Shown here piece after piece: positions 9,225 through 17,838 of a stretch of DNA of 42,141 bases. Source of the stretch: Nitrosopumilus sp. (GTDB lineage: Archaea; Thermoproteota; Nitrososphaeria; Nitrososphaerales; Nitrosopumilaceae); contig JBHITY010000001.1 of NCBI GenBank assembly GCA_042138585.1, positions 1 to 42,141 of the forward strand, in the 5' to 3' direction. The position numbers and the translations under genes were made by a program. The notes under the pieces are model-generated. The model was not told the origin of the DNA and ran no database searches. It saw nothing but the letters and a program-made list of their open reading frames with translations. Numbering within the stretch: the stretch's first letter is position 1; each line of letters opens with the position of its first letter.

Positions 9225-10628
9225 TTAATTGATTTTGTCTAATGCAAATGCGTTATGCAATGCACGAACAGCTGAATTTGTATCAGAATTTTTAACAACA
9301 AATGCCAAGTTTAGTTCTGATGAGCCTTGAGTGATCATTGAAACATTGACTTTGTTTTTCTCAGCTGCTGCAAAGACTTTGGAAGCAACGCCTACAGTTC
9401 CACGCATTCCTGAACCGATTAGTGCAATGATTGCTACATTTGTCGTTACTTCTAGTTTCTTGATAATTTTTCCTAAAAGTTCCATTTCAAGTGAACTTAC
9501 TGCTTTGTCAAGATCAGTGTTCTTGACTACTATTGTTATGCTAGATTCTGAGGGATTTTGAGATATCATCATTACATTAATTCCAGCTTTTGCTAATGTT
9601 GCAAATATTTTTGCAGCAGTACCAGGAGTTCCAACCATACTACCACCTTGAATGTCAATTAATCCATTGTTTCTAACATTACTAACACACTTTACAGTAT
9701 TTTTTACTGAAGATGATGGTGAAGCTGTAACTAGAGTTCCCTCATTTTTCACATTAAAGGAACTTCTAATCTTCATTGGAATTTTCTTTGATAAAAGAGG
9801 CTCAAATGTGCGTGGATGAATCTGTTTTGCGCCAAATAATGCCATTTCAATTGCCTCAATGTATGATACTTCTTTAAGCAATTTTGCATTCTTGACTATT
9901 TTTGGATCTGCAGTCATTAGACCATCAACATCACTCATCAACCAGATTTCATCTGCTTTTACGCAAGTTCCAATTATTGTTGCTGAATAATCTGAACCGC
10001 CTCGTCCAAAAGTGGTGATATGACCATGTTGATCTGCACCAACAAAGCCACCTACAACAGGTATTGTTTTCTTTGAAAAAAGATTTTCCACCGTTTTTGA
10101 AACTCTTAATCTAGTTGTATCAATAAGTGGTTTAGATTCACCAAAGTTAGAATCAGTTACTATTCCAACCTCTTTTCCAGTTAGTGGTACTGATTTTTTC
10201 CCAGAATCATTAACTGCCATTGAAACTAGTTTTATTGATAACCGTTCACCAAATGAAAATAGATAATCCATTGTTCTAGGAGTAACTTCTCCCAATAGTA
10301 CCATTCCATCAATTAATGCAACAAGTTCTTCAAAATCATCGTCAAAGTTTTTTAATAATTTTTTACGCAAGTCTGCTTTTTTGATAGTTTGTTTTGCTAA
10401 TTGTTTATGTCTATTAGTAATCTTGGATGCAAGCTGTTCTGCTTTTGATTTATTTTCTTTCTTTATTGATTCAGATATTTCTATTAGATCATCTGTTGTT
10501 CCACTGGTTGCCGAACACACTACAACAATTTCATTTTTCTTTGATAATGAATTTAGATGATTAGCTACTGCTCGAATATCTTTTGCAGATGAAATTGATG
10601 TTCCACCATATTTTATTACTAGTCTCAT
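9225..10628 (-). CDS. lysC: aspartate kinase with two ACT domains
   Basis: KYGGTS, SFGERLS, TFGRGGSDYSA, DVDGLMTADP, GAKQIHP, C-terminal ACT repeats. Confidence 0.95.
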   Translation of the reverse strand: MRLVIKYGGTSISSAKDIRAVANHLNSLSKKNEIVVVCSATSGTTDDLIEISESIKKENKSKAEQLASKITNRHKQLAKQTIKKADLRKKLLKNFDDDFEELVALIDGMVLLGEVTPRTMDYLFSFGERLSIKLVSMAVNDSGKKSVPLTGKEVGIVTDSNFGESKPLIDTTRLRVSKTVENLFSKKTIPVVGGFVGADQHGHITTFGRGGSDYSATIIGTCVKADEIWLMSDVDGLMTADPKIVKNAKLLKEVSYIEAIEMALFGAKQIHPRTFEPLLSKKIPMKIRSSFNVKNEGTLVTASPSSSVKNTVKCVSNVRNNGLIDIQGGSMVGTPGTAAKIFATLAKAGINVMMISQNPSESSITIVVKNTDLDKAVSSLEMELLGKIIKKLEVTTNVAIIALIGSGMRGTVGVASKVFAAAEKNKVNVSMITQGSSELNLAFVVKNSDTNSAVRALHNAFALDKIN

Positions 10629-10663
10629 TTCAAAATACCTGAATTAGTTAATCTTTAAATGCT

Positions 10664-11410
10664 TTAACTTTCCACGCGTGGAGCTAAGTAAAAGTGAATT
10701 CTACCAATATTGGCGACTTTGAATTCAATTCTAAGTGGTTTTGCGCTCGAAAATTCACATGTGATAAAGCCTGCAGTGGTTCCTACGGCTTTTACTACAG
10801 GATTTAGATATTCTAGGCTGTAGGTTCCTTCACTATCTTCTTTAGAAGAAATCTCTTCAATGTCTTCATCATCTTTGTCTAAATCAATTACAACTTCTCC
10901 AGAATCACCTTTTCCTGAAAAATCGCCTTTAGAATCAGACGTGTGTATTGTTAGATAGTCAGATACAACTTGAACATCACCTAAAATTTTGTCAAACTTT
11001 GATGAAGACAATATGATTTTAGAATCATATGGTATTTTTGGTAATGGGGTATCTGTTGCAGAACTTTCAATCAAACGCATTTTGTATTTTTTATTTTTTC
11101 CAACTGTAACTAGTAACATGTTTTGTTCAGAGATACTAATTTCGATACTATCTTTTTTGTCTGCTCTTTTGATGAGTTTTGAGAATTCATCAATTCTTAC
11201 TCCAAATTTTATATCGCTATCACATTCGTATTTTTCAAATGCAGAGTTAGGCCATGAAATATCTATAAGTGCAACATGAGATGGATCCATTCCTCTAAAT
11301 GAAATTCCTTCTGCTGTTGCAACAAATGTTGCCTCTTCTACAAGAGTAGAAATTGCAGAAATGATTGCCTTTAGATCATCAGAACCACTAGTTTTTGCTC
11401 CAAAAGTCAA
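10664..11410 (-). CDS. pcn: PCNA DNA sliding clamp
   Basis: MDPSHVALI, YSLEYL, C-terminal FYLAPRVE. Confidence 0.97.
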   Translation of the reverse strand: MTFGAKTSGSDDLKAIISAISTLVEEATFVATAEGISFRGMDPSHVALIDISWPNSAFEKYECDSDIKFGVRIDEFSKLIKRADKKDSIEISISEQNMLLVTVGKNKKYKMRLIESSATDTPLPKIPYDSKIILSSSKFDKILGDVQVVSDYLTIHTSDSKGDFSGKGDSGEVVIDLDKDDEDIEEISSKEDSEGTYSLEYLNPVVKAVGTTAGFITCEFSSAKPLRIEFKVANIGRIHFYLAPRVES

Positions 11411-11444
11411 ATCAACTTTGTTGACTTTATGTTCCAGTTAAACG

Positions 11445-11762
11445 TTATGCGTAATTACGCCAAGTATGCTGACATTTTGTACAGCGATAGAACTGTGTTG
11501 TTGGTTCATCTGCACTTCTTGTTTGAAGCATCCACCAAATCGCTTCATCATGTCCACATTTTTCACATTCAATTTTGATGGTTGGATGAGATTCTTCTCC
11601 CTCATTTCCTTCAAAAGCTAAAATTGATTCTTCTTGTTCTTCAGTTTCAATAATTTTTTTGGTCTGTTTTTCTTCTGCACCTTCTGTATAACCACATTTT
11701 GAGCATTGAAGGCCTGAAGTACCTTTTTTTAATTTGACCTCACATTTGGGGCAAAACTTCAA
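11445..11762 (-). CDS. tfs: transcription factor S (TFS/RpoM family)
   Basis: FCPKC...CSKC and CEKC...QTRSADEPTTQFYRCTKC with catalytic DE. Confidence 0.95.
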   Translation of the reverse strand: MKFCPKCEVKLKKGTSGLQCSKCGYTEGAEEKQTKKIIETEEQEESILAFEGNEGEESHPTIKIECEKCGHDEAIWWMLQTRSADEPTTQFYRCTKCQHTWRNYA

Positions 11763-11763
11763 T

Positions 11764-12042
11764 CTAATTTACCTTAAGTTTTGAATTGAATAATTGTTTG
11801 AACTCATCTGCCATTTTGATTGCTGAATCAGTGGCTTTCTTTATTTCACCTAGTGGTTTTGAACTAGAATTAATTCTCATCCAACATTCGTTAGTTAGTG
11901 GATGTTTTACAATAACACCTGCAAAATCAATATTTGATTCTTTTAGAAGTTCATGTTGAATTAGGTACAAAATTCCAATATCGGTTTCAGTGATTGAAAG
12001 GTTGATTTCTTTGGCTTCTGAACTGATCACTTGTGCGTTCAT
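11764..12042 (-). CDS. rpoL: RNA polymerase subunit L (Rpo11), divergent
   Basis: FAGVIVKHPL motif, 92 aa, conserved rpoL-tfs-pcn order. Confidence 0.85.
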   Translation of the reverse strand: MNAQVISSEAKEINLSITETDIGILYLIQHELLKESNIDFAGVIVKHPLTNECWMRINSSSKPLGEIKKATDSAIKMADEFKQLFNSKLKVN

Positions 12043-12093
12043 GTATTCAGAAAAAGCACTTATTGCGGATATAAATCATTATGAGCAGTAGAA

Positions 12094-12630
12094 ATGGGAG
12101 AAAGTAGAATTTCAGACATAGAATTGGTAAAATCCAAGGATGAATACGCATCAGATGAAAATATTGAGATAAATGTCCAATTTTCAGTTGAAGGCGACCT
12201 AAGAGATGCATTTAATGAAGCAAATTGGACTGAGGCATACAACAAAAACGATGTTTCATTCAAATTGAAATGTGGTGTAAAACTGACTTCTGGAGGATTT
12301 AGGAAAAAAGAGTTGGGCAGAACAATTGATACCTACAGAAAGGCATCCATATTCTGGACTAGAAATCCTAAACTTGTCAATCCTATGAAAGATAGAAGAA
12401 TTTGGGTCCAAGTGGCCAAAAATTTTGAGCCATTTATCAGACTTACAGAAGAAGAAGTCAGACAGGAATTATTTGACTTTAATGAAAAATTTGTCTTCAA
12501 AGCAGAGGACTTGGGTAAAGGGACTCACAAAATTGGTGCTGAAGCATTTGCATCTTGGCAGAAACATGAATTTACAGAACCAGGAAATGTAAAGAATAAT
12601 TCTAGAGAAATTGAGATTAAAATCAATTAG
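12094..12630 (+). CDS. conserved hypothetical protein
   Basis: 178-aa ATG ORF divergent from rpoL; no motif recognised. Confidence 0.7.
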   Translation: MGESRISDIELVKSKDEYASDENIEINVQFSVEGDLRDAFNEANWTEAYNKNDVSFKLKCGVKLTSGGFRKKELGRTIDTYRKASIFWTRNPKLVNPMKDRRIWVQVAKNFEPFIRLTEEEVRQELFDFNEKFVFKAEDLGKGTHKIGAEAFASWQKHEFTEPGNVKNNSREIEIKIN

Positions 12631-12660
12631 GGATATAAGGAACTTTTTTGGTGAATTAGT

Positions 12661-12813
12661 ATGGCAAAATATGATGGTTTGTTAGGACAACCACTTCTTG
12701 AAATAGAAGATCCTGATAAAGAGGGCGGCATAACTTTCATTATGAAGGATAATAGATTTCTATTCATTAAAGTGGTTGATGGTAAAATAGAGACGGTGTC
12801 AATTCCAGAATAG
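12661..12813 (+). CDS. 50-aa microprotein A
   Basis: Not in ORF track. MAKYDGLLGQPLLEIEDPDKEGGITFIMKDNRFLFIKVVDGKIETVSIPE*; TATA-like GATATAAG about 25 bp upstream. Confidence 0.75.
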   Translation: MAKYDGLLGQPLLEIEDPDKEGGITFIMKDNRFLFIKVVDGKIETVSIPE

Positions 12814-12823
12814 GTGAAAATGA

Positions 12824-12970
12824 ATGATAGATGTTGAAGAATTCAAAATGAAAGAAATTCTAAAAATTGAAGACTCTGATTCAAATGATGAATTAACTGT
12901 AACTTTTTCAGATAATAAAATTATGAAGATCAAAATAGTTGATGGTAAACTAGTTTCAGAATCAATTTAA
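12824..12970 (+). CDS. 48-aa microprotein B (paralog of A)
   Basis: Not in ORF track. MIDVEEFKMKEILKIEDSDSNDELTVTFSDNKIMKIKIVDGKLVSESI*; SD-like GGTGA at 12813-12817; aligns without gaps to A. Confidence 0.72.
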   Translation: MIDVEEFKMKEILKIEDSDSNDELTVTFSDNKIMKIKIVDGKLVSESI

Positions 12971-13461
12971 TTTTTTACATGTTTTTCATAAAAACCAATA
13001 GCTAGTTCTTGCACTTCAGATTGTATAGAACCAGGTCTTTCTTCACGGATCATTTCAATAGCTTTTTCTGCTGAAAATTTTTGGTATTTTACAAAATAAC
13101 ATGCAAGTATTGTTCCAGCTCTTCCCATACCAGCTGCACAATGAACCATTACTGCTTGATCATTTGTAATTTGTTCATGTATAAAATCAACTGCAGAATC
13201 AATCTTATCCATATCAGGTGCAGTTAGATCAGGAGTTGGAACATGAAGATAGTCAATATTTTGTGTCCAATTATCAGGAAGAGCGTTTTCAGTCATAGTT
13301 ACAATTGATTTTACGCCTTGGTTTACAATCCAATCAAATTCATCAAAACTTGTAGGCATACCAGAGCCTGCTAATTTTTCATCAATCAACCAAGAAAAGT
13401 TTGTTGGCTTTTTTGTAATTTTTCCATGAACCTTTCTCCACAGATTACCAGGCTTGCTCAT
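12967..13461 (-). CDS. dual-specificity protein phosphatase (DUSP23/CDC14-like)
   Basis: VHCAAGMGRAGT (CX5R), PDLTAP general-acid loop, RPGSIQS. Confidence 0.93.
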   Translation of the reverse strand: MSKPGNLWRKVHGKITKKPTNFSWLIDEKLAGSGMPTSFDEFDWIVNQGVKSIVTMTENALPDNWTQNIDYLHVPTPDLTAPDMDKIDSAVDFIHEQITNDQAVMVHCAAGMGRAGTILACYFVKYQKFSAEKAIEMIREERPGSIQSEVQELAIGFYEKHVKN

Positions 13462-13504
13462 GTAAGATGTTAACAGCTACTATATTTTTAGCATTACGAA
13501 ATGT

Positions 13505-14146
13505 TTAATGTGCAACTGCTCTTACAGGCGAACCTGTTGCATCTTTTAGTTTAAGTGGAAGAATTGTAAAATTAAATTCCTTTAATTGGATTTTATTCAA
13601 GTTTGCCAAATTTTCTACTATCAAGATATTATTTTTTGATAAAACGTGATGAACACTAAATGATTCATCTTTTCCAAGATCTATACTTGGCGAATCTATT
13701 CCAACAAGATTTGTCTTTTTTTCTGAAAGATATCTAGCAGCTGATAATGCCAATCCAGGATTTTCCGTAAAATAATTATCTTTTTTGAGGTTTTTTTGCC
13801 AGTCTGTAAAAAAGAAGACAGATGAATTGTTAGGAATAGAACCATTCTTTTTCTCAAATTGAATAATGTCTAATTTTGTAATTGGAGAATTTTTTGACTT
13901 TTTTATTTTGATTAGAATTGCTTTTCCTATTAATCTGCCAAGTGGGATTTGGTCAATTTTTATACCATTTTTGACAAAATGAAAAGGAGCATCAAGGTGG
14001 GTTCCAGTATGAGAGCTCAGGAACAAAAGTTCTAGATTATATCCATCTTCTTTGAGATTTGACCAAGAAATGAATTGTGGGGTTGGAGAACCAGGAAAAC
14101 TTGGAATAGATTTTGATATTGTAAGTGTTAGATCGATTGGTTTCAC
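13505..14146 (-). CDS. cyclase-family metallohydrolase (kynurenine formamidase-like)
   Basis: HTGTHLDAPFH, GIDSPSID, VENLANL, GSPVRAVA. Confidence 0.92.
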   Translation of the reverse strand: MKPIDLTLTISKSIPSFPGSPTPQFISWSNLKEDGYNLELLFLSSHTGTHLDAPFHFVKNGIKIDQIPLGRLIGKAILIKIKKSKNSPITKLDIIQFEKKNGSIPNNSSVFFFTDWQKNLKKDNYFTENPGLALSAARYLSEKKTNLVGIDSPSIDLGKDESFSVHHVLSKNNILIVENLANLNKIQLKEFNFTILPLKLKDATGSPVRAVAH

Positions 14147-14221
14147 ATCAATAGCACAAAATGCTAATTAATCAATTTTTGAATTATGAAAAGTTAAATA
14201 CTCTTTGAGCAAAAATTTCGT

Positions 14222-14479
14222 GTGCCTACTGCATATGTTCTATTAAATTCTGATTTAGGATCAGATGAATCAATTATCAACGAAGTGAAGCAAATTCTTA
14301 CAGATGAGGATGTAACCTATGAAGTTCAAGGAGTTTATGGGGTATACGATATTGTTTTGAAATTGTCTTCAGATGATGCAGAAAAACTACGCTCAATCAT
14401 TACCAATAAAATCAGAAAAATTACCAAAGTACAATCTACTCTAACGATGATGGTTATAGAAGAGCAAGAGAATCTATAG
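14222..14479 (+). CDS. stand-alone Lrp/AsnC ligand-binding (RAM) domain protein
   Basis: AYVLLN, VYGVYDIVLK, IRKITKVQSTLTM; no HTH. Confidence 0.9.
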   Translation: MPTAYVLLNSDLGSDESIINEVKQILTDEDVTYEVQGVYGVYDIVLKLSSDDAEKLRSIITNKIRKITKVQSTLTMMVIEEQENL

Positions 14480-15619
14480 ATTCTTTATTGCATCTACTAC
14501 TGACATAATTTCTGATTCAGTATTAAAGAAATGAGGTGATGCTCGTACAATCTTTTGTTCCATAATTTCTCTTAGAGCCAAGACTATGTTTTGTTTTTCA
14601 AGTCTATCAACTACTTGTTGTGAATCCATTCCATCTATGTTAAAAGATACAATACTTGTTCTAGAATCAGGATCTTCAGGTCCATACAAAATAATTTTTG
14701 GTATCTTTGATAGTTCTTCTCTTAGAAGATTTGAGAGATACTTATTTTTTTCACGGATATTGTTTAGACCAAAATCAAGTAAATAATTTGCAGAAGATTC
14801 CAATCCAACAATTCCAACATAATTTCTAAAACCTGTTTGGAATTTATCAGGAAGTTCTTTGAATGCTAGACTTGTATCATCATAGATCATTGCAGATTCG
14901 CCACCAATAGTTCTTGGCTCTAACAGTTCACTTGATTTTCTATTACAATAAAATAAACCAGTTCCCATTGGACCACAAAGCCATTTTGAACCATTAAAGG
15001 ACATAAAATTACAATTTATTTTTGAAACATTTACATCAATACATCCTACGGTTTGTGCACTATCAACAAAAAAAGGTACATCGTGAAGAATTTTTGAAAT
15101 TTCCTCTAGAGGTAAGATAGAACCAGTGTTGTACAAAGCATGACTTAGAGCAACTAATTTTGTTTTATCATCTATTAGTAATTCCAAGTCTTCTAGTGTG
15201 AAAAATCCATCTTTGTCAATTGAGAGATTTTTTAGAGTAATTTTTTCTTCTAGTTTTAGCCATGGGTAAAAGTTTGAATGGTGTTCATGTGACATTCCTC
15301 GAATAATCATGTTAGATTTCTCATCAAATGAAAGTCCATTTGCAACGATATTGATTCCATCAGTAGTACTTTGGGTTAGAACTACTTCATCCGGTTGACA
15401 GGAGATAATTTTTGCTATGGTTTTTCTCACATCTCGTAATTTTTCAGTTACAAATGGTTCTGATTCTTTTGAATCTGGACCAATTGAATTGTAAGATATT
15501 AGAAATTCTTTCATTGCATCTATGCTTTGATTAGGCATTAGTGATACTGACGCATTGTTTAGATAGATTTTATCTGAATCTGGAAAATCATCTGAGATGT
15601 CCTTTGATGCTAAATTCAT
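14474..15619 (-). CDS. class V PLP-dependent enzyme (SufS-like fold)
   Basis: YLNNAS, STTDGIN, EHHSN, VDSAQT, GSKWLCGPMGTG, RASPHFFN; the SufS RxGHHC motif is absent. Confidence 0.88.
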   Translation of the reverse strand: MNLASKDISDDFPDSDKIYLNNASVSLMPNQSIDAMKEFLISYNSIGPDSKESEPFVTEKLRDVRKTIAKIISCQPDEVVLTQSTTDGINIVANGLSFDEKSNMIIRGMSHEHHSNFYPWLKLEEKITLKNLSIDKDGFFTLEDLELLIDDKTKLVALSHALYNTGSILPLEEISKILHDVPFFVDSAQTVGCIDVNVSKINCNFMSFNGSKWLCGPMGTGLFYCNRKSSELLEPRTIGGESAMIYDDTSLAFKELPDKFQTGFRNYVGIVGLESSANYLLDFGLNNIREKNKYLSNLLREELSKIPKIILYGPEDPDSRTSIVSFNIDGMDSQQVVDRLEKQNIVLALREIMEQKIVRASPHFFNTESEIMSVVDAIKNL

Positions 15620-15645
15620 TATTATATCTGTAGAATGCTTAATGG

Positions 15646-16242
15646 GTGTTGGATAAAAGTCCTGACCAGATTTTAGATAGTAAATTAGTCCATATTCAAA
15701 ATGAGTTTAAAGATAACATACCTAACATTGTACTTTGTTCAGAACCATTTCATAAAGCAGAGTTTCTCAATAAATTAATCAACTCTGTTGAAAAACCAAT
15801 AATTTTTGTAGATTTGGATTTACTTTATACTGGATATGTAGAATCAGGAATGATTCAAAAGAAAAGTAATCTAACTATATTTCACCCTACAAAAGAAAAT
15901 TGGGAACAAAAATTTGCCGAAATAATCACAAAGGTATCTCAAGAAAATTTTCTTGTAATAATTGATTCATTTAATGGAGTATACAATATGTTTGAAGATT
16001 TAGAATCAGCAATTTTCATCAACTCATGTATTATGTTACTTGCATCATTGGGTAGAGATACAGATTCTTCAATAATCATAACTGCAATGGCTAGAAAAAA
16101 AGAAAATGAAGGTTGGATTTTAACTCCAGGTGGAAAACAAATCATAAAATCAGCTAAAACAGGAGTTTACCACCTAAAGAAAACTGAGAGCAGTTTGATT
16201 ATTCGTCCTATAATTGAGAGTACCAAGATTTTCAAGATCTAA
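15646..16242 (+). CDS. degenerate RecA/RadB-fold protein
   Basis: Walker-A-like position reads CSEPFHKA; IFVDLD and VIIDSFN resemble RecA-family strands and Walker B. Confidence 0.6.
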   Translation: MLDKSPDQILDSKLVHIQNEFKDNIPNIVLCSEPFHKAEFLNKLINSVEKPIIFVDLDLLYTGYVESGMIQKKSNLTIFHPTKENWEQKFAEIITKVSQENFLVIIDSFNGVYNMFEDLESAIFINSCIMLLASLGRDTDSSIIITAMARKKENEGWILTPGGKQIIKSAKTGVYHLKKTESSLIIRPIIESTKIFKI

Positions 16243-16270
16243 CTCAAAAACTGGTGCAAAATGCGATCAA

Positions 16271-16340
16271 AAATTCAAACGGCGTTATAAAATTTCAAAC
16301 GCCGTTATAACACCAGATTTTTAGGCAAATTATATTAATG
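16271..16340 (+). promoter_or_regulatory. tandem palindromic operator plus TATA box of the ferredoxin gene
   Basis: 20-bp units AAATTCAAACGGCGTTATAA and AATTTCAAACGCCGTTATAA, each with AACG-N-CGTT; TTATATTA at 16330-16337, about 30 bp before the ATG. Confidence 0.6.
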
Positions 16341-16363
16341 CCAAATCAAGATTTTATTTTGTT

Positions 16364-16663
16364 ATGCCAGTAGGAATTATTCCAGACATAAGCGAACAAA
16401 TGTGTATCGGATGCGCACTATGTGTAGAAATCTGTACAACACTTGGTCCAGATGTCCTTAGAGTAAAACCAGTTGAAGGCTGGAAGAGAGGTAAAGCATT
16501 TGTCTTTTACCCAGAGAGATGTATTTCTGATGGTGCATGCATCGGTGTATGCCCAACAAAAGCAATCTTTTGGATGAGACCAATGGACTTTACTGTTGGA
16601 CAACCAGTTCCACTCCACAAAGATTCAGTCTTCGTAAAAGGTTGGACCGAATTAATCGATTAG
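16364..16663 (+). CDS. dicluster ferredoxin (4Fe-4S)
   Basis: CIGCALCVEIC and CISDGACIGVCP. Confidence 0.95.
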   Translation: MPVGIIPDISEQMCIGCALCVEICTTLGPDVLRVKPVEGWKRGKAFVFYPERCISDGACIGVCPTKAIFWMRPMDFTVGQPVPLHKDSVFVKGWTELID

Positions 16664-16672
16664 ATTAGTTCA

Positions 16673-16695
16673 ACTTTTAATTTCTTTTTCTTATT
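16673..16695 (+). terminator. oligo-T tract downstream of ferredoxin, probable archaeal terminator
   Basis: ACTTTTAATTTCTTTTTCTTATT just after the stop codon. Confidence 0.45.
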
Positions 16696-17691
16696 TTAGA
16701 TTTTAACAGCCCCAGGCTTGGTTTCTGGTATGTTTGGTTTTCTCTTTAACCAGAGTAATGCAACAATAAACATTACAGCAGGAATAAGAATAATGAAAAT
16801 CATTAATTCGTAATAAGTGGTTAATCTTTGCGCAGGTTTTATGTGATATTCTTCATGTGATGTTTTTTCAGGATTATCATAAACTGCAGTAGTAAAATCA
16901 ACTGATCTTTGTTCTTTGTTTTCTACATCTCCAAATACAGTAACACTTTCTTCAGCTAAAAGTGATGGAGTTTGAATTCCCTCAATCCTAACAATAATTG
17001 AGCCAGAGTTGGAGAATACAAAATTTCTATAATCACCGCCAATTTGACTTAATCCTTCATCACGAAAAATTTCTTGTCCATTTTGGAAAATTACAAAGTT
17101 GTATTTCATCTCAGCAAGATTAGAATTTGTTTGTGGATCATAGAATTGATATACAAATTGAATTTTTTCATGAGTTCTGATTACAGGAGGATCCCATGAT
17201 AAATCAACTTCAATTGCGTTATCTGGAGTATATTGTAAAATAGGAAATTGAATTTCTTTACCTGTTGCATCATGTGGATAATCAGGGATAGCTTCTTCAA
17301 CAATTACCATGCCATCCATCCAAGGATGAATAACACAAAAATAAGAAAATCTTCCTGACTCTTCAAATTGGTATGACCAAGATTCGCCTGGCAAAAATCT
17401 ACCACTGTCAAAAACTCCATCTGGAGTTCCAAAATCTCTATTATCCATCCAGCCAAAACGTCCTGGACCATCACCACTAGTTACTGTATGAGCTTCTCTG
17501 TCATCATTATACCAGGTAATGGTATCGCCAACAATTACATTGATCAAAGGAGGATCATACCAAACTTCTGCAGGAGTATTTAGTTCAGGATTGTATGCAC
17601 CAAATGGAATATCAACAATGTATTCTGCACCAAAAGCAAAAGAAGTTGAGCCTAAAATTGTAAGTGTAAAAACTAACAGTAAGAATTTCAT
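16696..17691 (-). CDS. membrane-anchored plastocyanin/azurin-family blue copper protein
   Basis: Signal peptide, VGDTITWYN, AHTVTS, YFCVIHPWM (type-1 Cu His/Cys/His/Met), extra beta domain, C-terminal TM helix. Confidence 0.92.
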   Translation of the reverse strand: MKFLLLVFTLTILGSTSFAFGAEYIVDIPFGAYNPELNTPAEVWYDPPLINVIVGDTITWYNDDREAHTVTSGDGPGRFGWMDNRDFGTPDGVFDSGRFLPGESWSYQFEESGRFSYFCVIHPWMDGMVIVEEAIPDYPHDATGKEIQFPILQYTPDNAIEVDLSWDPPVIRTHEKIQFVYQFYDPQTNSNLAEMKYNFVIFQNGQEIFRDEGLSQIGGDYRNFVFSNSGSIIVRIEGIQTPSLLAEESVTVFGDVENKEQRSVDFTTAVYDNPEKTSHEEYHIKPAQRLTTYYELMIFIILIPAVMFIVALLWLKRKPNIPETKPGAVKI

Positions 17692-17838
17692 GATTTTACA
17701 CCTCTAGAATCATAATTAAACGATATATGTCATTTTCATCAATAATAATAATTATCATTGGTAGAATTTCTTTCAGACATAGCACAATCAATAAGACTAG
17801 AAGCCTTGATATTTACATAAAAACAATAAAGAACAAAA

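Noticed and set aside
14474-15619. Assignment as sufS/iscS
   Set aside because: The catalytic Cys loop motif is missing and no suf/isc genes are adjacent.
16271-16310. Ferredoxin upstream repeat as a mini-CRISPR
   Set aside because: Only two abutting 20-bp units with no spacer and no cas genes; better explained as an operator.
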